From: an uncultured Chromatiales bacterium
GTDB lineage: Bacteria > Pseudomonadota > Gammaproteobacteria > 21-64-14
Length of the DNA stretch: 57,047 bases
NCBI GenBank assembly: GCA_964487445.1
Contig: CAZAQG010000001.1
Span: 1-57,047 of the forward strand
Reading direction: 5' to 3'
Positions 51,057-57,047 of the stretch are shown piece after piece (positions within the stretch are counted from its first letter, which is position 1; each line of letters opens with the position of its first letter). The notes beneath the pieces are model-generated. The model made no database searches, was not told where the DNA came from, and saw only the letters and a program-made list of their open reading frames with translations. A program made the translations under genes and the position numbers.

Positions 51057-51222
51057 GGGGCCCGCTCGCGCAGGACGGGACCTTTCGAACAAACCCCGGC
51101 ATGGCACGGAAGGTGCATTTTACAAAGCCGAAGCCGCGGGGCCCGGTGGCGCCGAGCCCTGCCATCGTCGGCGAAACCGGTATACTTTCCGCGCTTGAGG
51201 GATCCGAAACAGATCGTGACCG

Positions 51223-52128
51223 ATGCAAATCATGGCCCCGCCATCACCGGTCGATTCCCGAACCGGTCCCGACATCGGGTCCGGAGACCGCCTGGGACTC
51301 ACCCTGTTCCTGTCGGTGACGCTCCACGCGCTGGTGATCCTCGGCATCGGCTTCCACGGCATTCTTTCCCAGGCGCGGGAGCCCACGTCGCGGCTGGATA
51401 TCGTCCTGGTGCGGGGCCGCTCGCCCGCGCCGCCCAAGAACCCGGACTATCTGGCCCAGGCCAACCAGGACGGCGGCGGAAACGTGGCCGAGCGGGTGCG
51501 CCCCCGCAACCCGCCGGCCGGCACCTCGCCGTTGCCGCGCCCGGGCGCGGCCCGGATCGATGCCGCGCCTGCGCCCGCCGCACCGCCCGAGCGCCACCCG
51601 CGCCGGGTACTCACCGTCACCGACTCCCGGCACCGGGTCGACAGTGCCACGAACCGCCCGCCGCAGCCCCGCAGCCCGGTCCCGAGCGCCGGCGAACTCA
51701 TCAGCCGCAGCCTGCGCATCGCGAGCCTCACGGCCGGGTTGGACCATTCCCTCCGGGCCTATGCGCGGCGCCCGCGCCAAACCTATATCTCGGCGCGCAC
51801 CCAAGCCTACAAGTACGCCAGTTACATGCAGGCGTGGGTGGCCAAGGTCGAGCGCATGGGAAATCTGAACTACCCGGGCGCGGCGACGCGCCGCGGACTG
51901 ACCGGGACCCTGCTCCTGGACGTGGCCCTGCTCCCGGACGGCCGCGTGGAGAAGATCACCCTGTTGCGCTCCTCCGGCCACAAGGTGCTGGACGACGCGG
52001 CGATCCGGATCGTGCGCCTGTGCGCGCCCTACGCGCCCTTCCCCCCGGACATCCGCAAGGACACCGATATCCTGCACATCACCCGGACCTGGCAATTTCT
52101 GGCCGGGAATCAATTCGCCACCCATTGA
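51223..52128 (+). CDS. TonB-family protein (TonB C-terminal domain; TonB3-like position)
   Basis: TM segment LTLFLSVTLHALVILGI, a Pro-rich spacer, and the C-terminal YPGAATRRGLTGTLLLDVALLPDGRVEKITLLRSSGHKVLDDAA. Confidence 0.75.
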   Translation: MQIMAPPSPVDSRTGPDIGSGDRLGLTLFLSVTLHALVILGIGFHGILSQAREPTSRLDIVLVRGRSPAPPKNPDYLAQANQDGGGNVAERVRPRNPPAGTSPLPRPGAARIDAAPAPAAPPERHPRRVLTVTDSRHRVDSATNRPPQPRSPVPSAGELISRSLRIASLTAGLDHSLRAYARRPRQTYISARTQAYKYASYMQAWVAKVERMGNLNYPGAATRRGLTGTLLLDVALLPDGRVEKITLLRSSGHKVLDDAAIRIVRLCAPYAPFPPDIRKDTDILHITRTWQFLAGNQFATH

Positions 52129-52186
52129 CCCCCGCCGTCGTTCCAGAGCCCTTGCGGGGGTGCGGCCGGTGCCGGATACTAGGAAT

Positions 52187-52750
52187 ATGATCGGGACCAC
52201 GGATCTCACGAATCACTTCCTGATCGCCATGCCGCGGCTCGCGGACCCGAACTTCTCGCAGACGGTGACCTACGTCTGCGAGTACGACGGGGAAGGGGCG
52301 CTCGGGATCGTGATCAATCGGCCGCTGGAGCTGCGCCTCGGGGAGGTCCTCGCCCGCATGGATCTGAAGGCCGACAACGCCGCGGTCGCCGACATGCCCG
52401 TGTACCTGGGCGGTCCGGTGCAGACCGACCGGGGTTTCGTGTTGCACCGCGGTGAGCGCCGCTGGGAGACGACGCTGGCCGTGACCGAGGACATCGCGGT
52501 GACCTCCTCGCGCGACATCCTCGTCGACATCGCCCGCGGCGAAGGACCGGAGCAACTGCTCGTGGCGCTCGGTTACGCGGGTTGGGGCGCCGGCCAACTG
52601 GAACGGGAGATGGCCGAGAATTCCTGGCTCAGCGGCCCGGCGGACCCGGAGATCCTGTTCGAGATCCCCGATGAGACACGCTGGGAGGCGGCCGCGGCGC
52701 GTCTCGGGGTGGATCTCGGCCTGCTGCCGGGGCAGGCAGGCCACGGATGA
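52187..52750 (+). CDS. yqgE: YqgE/AlgH family protein
   Basis: LTNHFLIAMPRLADPNF...GGPVQTDRGFVLH...ALGYAGWGAGQLEREM aligns along its length with E. coli YqgE. Confidence 0.88.
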   Translation: MIGTTDLTNHFLIAMPRLADPNFSQTVTYVCEYDGEGALGIVINRPLELRLGEVLARMDLKADNAAVADMPVYLGGPVQTDRGFVLHRGERRWETTLAVTEDIAVTSSRDILVDIARGEGPEQLLVALGYAGWGAGQLEREMAENSWLSGPADPEILFEIPDETRWEAAAARLGVDLGLLPGQAGHG

Positions 52751-53232
52751 GCGAGGACCCGCCCCGGACCGCACCGCGGGCGACGCCACGGCGCACCTGC
52801 CTCGGTTTCGACTACGGACTGCGACGCATCGGGGTCGCCGTCGGCGAGACGCTGACGGGAAGCGCCCGGCCGTTGCAGACGGTGGCGGCGCGCGACGGCG
52901 AACCGGACTGGAACGCGCTCGGCGGGCTGATCCGTTCCTGGGAACCGGACGCCCTGGTGGTGGGGGTACCGCTGCACCTGGACGGTGCGCGACAACCCAT
53001 GACCGATGCGGCGCAGCGCTTCGCGCGCCGACTCGAAGGCCGCTACCGGCTGCCCGTGCACCGGGTCGACGAGCGCCTGAGCAGCGACGAGGCGAGGCGG
53101 GTGCTCGCCGCGCGCGGCATCGCCGGGCGAGCCGCGCGCACGCGGCTCGATCCGGTGGCCGCGCAGATCATCCTCGAGACTTGGCTCAATCGACAGGTGT
53201 CCGATACCCATGACCCAGACACTGAACGCTGA
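52747..53232 (+). CDS. ruvX: Putative pre-16S rRNA nuclease / Holliday-junction-resolvase-like YqgF
   Basis: LGFDYGLRRIGVAVG N-terminus and DERLSS. ATGA overlap with yqgE. Confidence 0.88.
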   Translation: MSEDPPRTAPRATPRRTCLGFDYGLRRIGVAVGETLTGSARPLQTVAARDGEPDWNALGGLIRSWEPDALVVGVPLHLDGARQPMTDAAQRFARRLEGRYRLPVHRVDERLSSDEARRVLAARGIAGRAARTRLDPVAAQIILETWLNRQVSDTHDPDTER

Positions 53233-53728
53233 GGAACTCGAGGCGCTGATCGAGGAGATGGCCGGGCGGCTGCGGACGCTCATCGCGGAACGCCGCCTCG
53301 ACGGGGCCGCCATGATCGGGATCCACACCGGCGGCGTGTGGGTGGCGAGCCGACTGCACCGCCGGCTCGCGCTGGCCGAACCGCTGGGTGCCCTCGACAT
53401 CTCCTTCTACCGGGACGATTTCACCCGCATCGGCATGAATCCGCAGGTACGCCCGTCACAACTGCCGTTCAACGTCGACGACCGGCATATCATCCTGGTG
53501 GACGACGTCCTGCACACCGGGCGCACCATCCGCGCGGCCCTCAACGAGATCTTCGACTACGGGCGCCCCGCCTCGATCCTGCTGGCGGTGCTCGTGGAGC
53601 GCAGCGGCCGCGAGTTGCCCATCGAGGCGCAGGTGGTGGGCCGTCACATGGAACTCAGGCGCCGCGAACACGCCAAGCTCGGCGGACCCGAGCCTCTCAG
53701 TCTCACCGTAATCCGCAAGGACCCATGA
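53210..53728 (+). CDS. pyrR: PyrR bifunctional pyrimidine regulator / uracil phosphoribosyltransferase
   Basis: PRPP motif [16 protein letters not shown], 172 aa. Confidence 0.9.
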   Translation: MTQTLNAEELEALIEEMAGRLRTLIAERRLDGAAMIGIHTGGVWVASRLHRRLALAEPLGALDISFYRDDFTRIGMNPQVRPSQLPFNVDDRHIILVDDVLHTGRTIRAALNEIFDYGRPASILLAVLVERSGRELPIEAQVVGRHMELRRREHAKLGGPEPLSLTVIRKDP

Positions 53729-54729
53729 GCGGCACCAACCTCCAGGTCGACGAGAACGGTCGGCTACGCCATTTCCTGACCGTCGAAGGGCTGCACCGCG
53801 GACTGTTGGTCGAGATTCTGGACACCGCGGAATCGTTCCTGGGCGTCGTCGAACAGAGCGTCAAGAAGGTCCCCCTGCTGCGCGGCAAGACCATCGTCAA
53901 CCTCTTCTTCGAGGCCAGCACCCGCACGCGCACGACCTTCGAACTGGCGGCCAAGCGCCTGTCCGCCGACGTGCTGAACATCAACGTCGACGCCTCGGCC
54001 ACGGTCAAGGGCGAGACGCTGCTCGACACGCTGCGCAACCTGGAGGCGATGCACTGCGACATGTTCGTAGTGCGCCACGCCGACAGCGGCACCGCGCACT
54101 TCTTCGCACGGCACGCCGCGCCCCACGTGAGCGTGATCAACGCCGGCGACGGGCGCCACGCGCACCCCACCCAGGCGTTGCTCGACATGCTCACGATCCG
54201 CCGGCACAAGGGTGGATTCGACCGGCTGCGGGTGGTCATCGTGGGGGACATCCTGCACTCGCGGGTGGCGCGCTCCCAGATCCGGGCCCTCAACCTCTTC
54301 GGCGCGGGCGAGGTGCGGGTCGTGGCGCCGCGCACGCTGCTGCCCGTCCGGGCCGAGACCCTGGGAGTCCGCGTCTTCCATGATCTCGAGTCCGGCATCC
54401 GCGACGCCGACGTCATCATCATGCTGCGCCTGCAACACGAGCGCATGCGCGGCGCCCTGCTGCCGAGCGAGCACGAGTACTTCCAACTGTTCGGACTGAC
54501 CGCGGAGCGGCTCACGCTGGCCGCACCCGAGGCGATCGTCATGCACCCGGGCCCGATCAACCGCGGCGTCGAGATGGACTCGCAGGTGGCCGACGGCGCG
54601 CACTCCGTGATCCTCGAACAGGTCCACTACGGGATCGCCGTGCGCATGGCGGTGATGTCGCTCGCCATGCACCAGCGGATACCGGCCCCCGAGGCGCGCG
54701 AACCCGGGGCCGGGCGGGAGATCGGATGA
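53725..54729 (+). CDS. pyrB: Aspartate carbamoyltransferase catalytic chain
   Basis: [17 protein letters not shown] and HPGP motifs. The ATG at 53725 overlaps the pyrR stop. Confidence 0.95.
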   Translation: MSGTNLQVDENGRLRHFLTVEGLHRGLLVEILDTAESFLGVVEQSVKKVPLLRGKTIVNLFFEASTRTRTTFELAAKRLSADVLNINVDASATVKGETLLDTLRNLEAMHCDMFVVRHADSGTAHFFARHAAPHVSVINAGDGRHAHPTQALLDMLTIRRHKGGFDRLRVVIVGDILHSRVARSQIRALNLFGAGEVRVVAPRTLLPVRAETLGVRVFHDLESGIRDADVIIMLRLQHERMRGALLPSEHEYFQLFGLTAERLTLAAPEAIVMHPGPINRGVEMDSQVADGAHSVILEQVHYGIAVRMAVMSLAMHQRIPAPEAREPGAGREIG

Positions 54730-56036
54730 CGGGTATCGAACGCGAGAGCGAAACCCCGGCCACGGTGATCCGCGGCGCCCGCGTCATCGATCCCGCGGAC
54801 GGCGTGGACGGCGTACACGACCTGTTCCTGCAGAACGGGTGCGTAGCGGCCCTCGACCGGGCCCCACCGGGATTCCGCGCCGAGATCGAGATCGACGCCC
54901 GCGACCGCGTGGCCTGTCCCGGCATCGTCGACCTGTGCGCGCGGTTACGCGAGCCCGGCCAGGAGCACAAGGCCACCATCGCCAGCGAGACCGCGGCCGC
55001 GGTGCGCTCCGGCATCACCAGCGTGTGCTGCCCGCCGGACACCCGGCCGGTGATCGACACCCCGGCGGTGGTGGAGCTGATCCGCCGCCGCGCCGAACAG
55101 CAGGGCGCCGCGCGGGTGTTCACCGTCGGTGCACTGACGCGGGGGCTCGAGGGCTCGCAACTGACCGAGATGGCCGCACTCAAGGCCGCCGGCTGCGTGG
55201 GCGTGAGCAACGCGCCGGCGCCGTTGGCCAGCCTGCTGGTGCTGCGCCGCGCCCTGGAATACGCCGCCACTTTCGATCTCACCGTCTTCCTGCAGGCCGA
55301 GGAACCGTCGCTGCAGGACGGGGGCTGCGTGCACGAGGGCGCGCTCGCTACGCGCCTCGGGCTGCCGGGCATCCCGGAGGCCGCCGAGACCGCGGCGCTC
55401 GCCGCGGCGCTGGCGCTGATCGAGCAGACCGGCGCGCGCGCGCACTTCTGCCGGCTGTCGGCGGCGCGCTCCGTGCGCATGGTGGCGCGCGCCCGTCACG
55501 ACGGGATGCCGGTCAGCGCCGACGTCTGCGCCCACCAGTTGTTCCTGACGGAGACCGACGTCGCCGAGTTCAACGGCCTCTACCACGTGCGCCCGCCGTT
55601 GCGCACACAACACGACCGCGACGAGCTGCGCGCGGGCCTCGCACAGGGGGTGCTCGACGCCGTGTGTTCCGACCACCAGCCGCACGAGGCCGACGCCAAA
55701 CTCGCCCCGTTTCCCGCCACGGAGCCCGGAATCTCCGGCCTGGAGACCCTGCTGCCGCTGACGCTGCGCCTGGTCGAGGAGGGGGCGCTCGATCTGCCCA
55801 CCGCCATCGCACGGCTCACCGTGGACCCGGCGCGCATCCTCGGCATCCCCCACGGCACGCTGGCGCCCGGGGCGGCGGCCGACGTGTGCATCTTCGACCC
55901 GCGGCGATCCTGGCGCCTGGATGCGGACACCCTGCACAGTCGGGGACGCAACACACCGTTCCTGGGCTGGGAGTTCACGGGCCGGGTCACACATACGCTG
56001 GTGGGCGGAAGGATCGTGTTCGAGGATCGCGGATGA
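54726..56036 (+). CDS. pyrC': Dihydroorotase-like protein, predicted non-catalytic (PyrC')
   Basis: Amidohydrolase fold, but the DxHxH metal motif reads [10 protein letters not shown] and a later metal His position reads FLQAEEP. Translationally coupled to pyrB. Confidence 0.82.
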   Translation: MTGIERESETPATVIRGARVIDPADGVDGVHDLFLQNGCVAALDRAPPGFRAEIEIDARDRVACPGIVDLCARLREPGQEHKATIASETAAAVRSGITSVCCPPDTRPVIDTPAVVELIRRRAEQQGAARVFTVGALTRGLEGSQLTEMAALKAAGCVGVSNAPAPLASLLVLRRALEYAATFDLTVFLQAEEPSLQDGGCVHEGALATRLGLPGIPEAAETAALAAALALIEQTGARAHFCRLSAARSVRMVARARHDGMPVSADVCAHQLFLTETDVAEFNGLYHVRPPLRTQHDRDELRAGLAQGVLDAVCSDHQPHEADAKLAPFPATEPGISGLETLLPLTLRLVEEGALDLPTAIARLTVDPARILGIPHGTLAPGAAADVCIFDPRRSWRLDADTLHSRGRNTPFLGWEFTGRVTHTLVGGRIVFEDRG

Positions 56037-56923
56037 GCGGCGCGACGCACGCACGCCGGGCGACGATCTTCGTGGAGGATGCGGAGATCCTGGCGCACGA
56101 AGCGTTTGCGGCCCGCCAGTACGTGCTGCGGGTGCAGGCCCCGCGCTGCGCCCGGCACGCCACCCCCGGAAGCTTCGCCCACCTGCGCTGCGACCCCGCC
56201 CTGCCGATGCGCCGCCCGCTGTCGATCATGCGCACGGATCCCGAGGCCGGATGGGTGGAATTCCTATATAAAGTCGTCGGCACCGGCACGCGGGCGCTCG
56301 CCGGGCGCCGCCCGGGGGAGCGGCTCAACCTGCTCGGACCGATCGGCCGAGGCTTCGAGCCCCATCCCGAGCGGCCCCGCCGCCTCCTGATCGGGGGGGG
56401 CGTGGGCATCCCGCCCATGATCTTCCTGGCCGAGACCCTGCACCGGAGCGGCGCGGGCGGGGCAACCCTGGTGCTGATGGGCTCGGAGACGGCATTCCCG
56501 TTCACCGCCCGGCCGTCGCGGATCCTGGTCCCGGGAATGCCGGACGGCGTAATCGCGGCACTGCCACTGCTCGAGGACCAAGGGATCCCCAGCCGCCTGG
56601 CGAGCGGGCGCGAGGAGCCGGGCTGCCACCCCGGCCACGTCACCGAACTGGCCGGGCGTTGGCTCGCGGCGCTGGCGCCGGAGGCGTTGGGCGAGGTCGA
56701 GATGTTCGCCTGCGGGCCGAGCGCCATGCTGCGCGCCGGCGCCACTCTGGCCGCGCGTTTCGAGGTGCCCTGCCAAGTCTCGCTCGAGGAATTCATGGCC
56801 TGCGCGGTGGGCGGCTGCGCCGGCTGCGCCGTCCCGGTACGCGGCCCCGCGGGCGTGACCATGAAACGCGTGTGCGTAGACGGACCCGTATTCGACGCGC
56901 GCGCCGTGTTCGACGGCCCGTAG
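56033..56923 (+). CDS. PyrK-like FAD/NAD(P)-binding oxidoreductase with C-terminal 2Fe-2S motif
   Basis: RPLSIM (FAD), GGGVGIPP (NAD) and CAVGGCAGCAV...CVDGPVF (Cys4) motifs. ATGA overlap with pyrC'. Confidence 0.72.
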   Translation: MSGATHARRATIFVEDAEILAHEAFAARQYVLRVQAPRCARHATPGSFAHLRCDPALPMRRPLSIMRTDPEAGWVEFLYKVVGTGTRALAGRRPGERLNLLGPIGRGFEPHPERPRRLLIGGGVGIPPMIFLAETLHRSGAGGATLVLMGSETAFPFTARPSRILVPGMPDGVIAALPLLEDQGIPSRLASGREEPGCHPGHVTELAGRWLAALAPEALGEVEMFACGPSAMLRAGATLAARFEVPCQVSLEEFMACAVGGCAGCAVPVRGPAGVTMKRVCVDGPVFDARAVFDGP

Positions 56924-57021
56924 GACCGGGCGCGCCCCGCCCTTGCACATCGGTGATCGTGCCCACCGGTAGGGCCGGGCGCACCCGGCCGACGTCGTCG
57001 GCGGGCCTCGGCCCGCCCTAC
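56920..57021. repeat. REP cluster D at the window end
   Basis: GTAGGACCGGGCGCGCCCCGCCC, GCACATCGGTGATCGTGCCCACCGGTAGGGCCGGGCGCACCCGGCC and GACGTCGTCGGCGGGCCTCGGCCCGCCCTAC. The first unit contains the TAG stop of the pyrK-like gene. Confidence 0.78.
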
Positions 57022-57047
57022 TCATCGACCAGCGACACCCCTTCGAA

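Overview
This is a GC-rich chromosomal window, with third codon positions almost all G/C. The gene content and order look gammaproteobacterial and are Pseudomonas-like in two blocks. All identifications rest on reading the supplied translations and DNA and on recalled family motifs; no searches were run.

Gene order, left to right:
- (-) a two-gene BadF/BcrA-type activase plus 2-hydroxyacyl-CoA-dehydratase-like pair, then purH, fis, dusB, a zinc-ribbon/DUF3426 gene, prmA and a HAD-IIB phosphatase.
- (+) glgP.
- (-) rho and trxA.
- (+) rhlB and a lone gspC.
- A small accessory islet: an antitoxin, a frameshifted ParE/RelE toxin, and an AT-rich ORF with a SeqA-N-like ribbon-helix-helix domain plus a RAMA-like domain.
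- (-) mscS, gspB and gspA.
- (+) a NUDIX hydrolase.
- (-) a CPA1 Na+/H+ antiporter.
- A 620-bp regulatory region with a near-consensus sigma54 promoter and a tiny ORF.
- (-) the split class II ribonucleotide reductase genes nrdJb and nrdJa.
- (+) an Hsp20 gene, cbpA, cbpM, an HtrA/DegP protease, gcvT, gcvH and gcvPA. No gcvPB follows.
- (-) a complete Pil-Chp chemosensory cluster: pilG, pilH, pilI, pilJ, pilK, chpA, chpB, chpC.
- (+) gshB, a tonB-like gene, yqgE, ruvX, pyrR, pyrB, a non-catalytic pyrC' and a pyrK-like gene.

Non-genic structure:
- A 91-bp element with 29-bp terminal inverted repeats occurs as two full copies and one remnant, always abutting or supplying stop codons.
- Four clusters of a GTAGGGCCGGGC/GCCCCGCCCTAC REP family.
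- A perfect 506-bp tandem duplication inside chpA that duplicates an Hpt domain.
- 18-bp coding tandem repeats in chpA and gspB.

No rRNA, tRNA, CRISPR array, transposase or integrase was seen. Many long ORFs in the track are antisense shadows typical of high-GC DNA. I could not identify a clearly new multi-gene system. The best candidates for follow-up are the islet at 18.65-20.0 kb, the sigma54-driven micro-ORF locus, the 91-bp element family and the chpA duplication.
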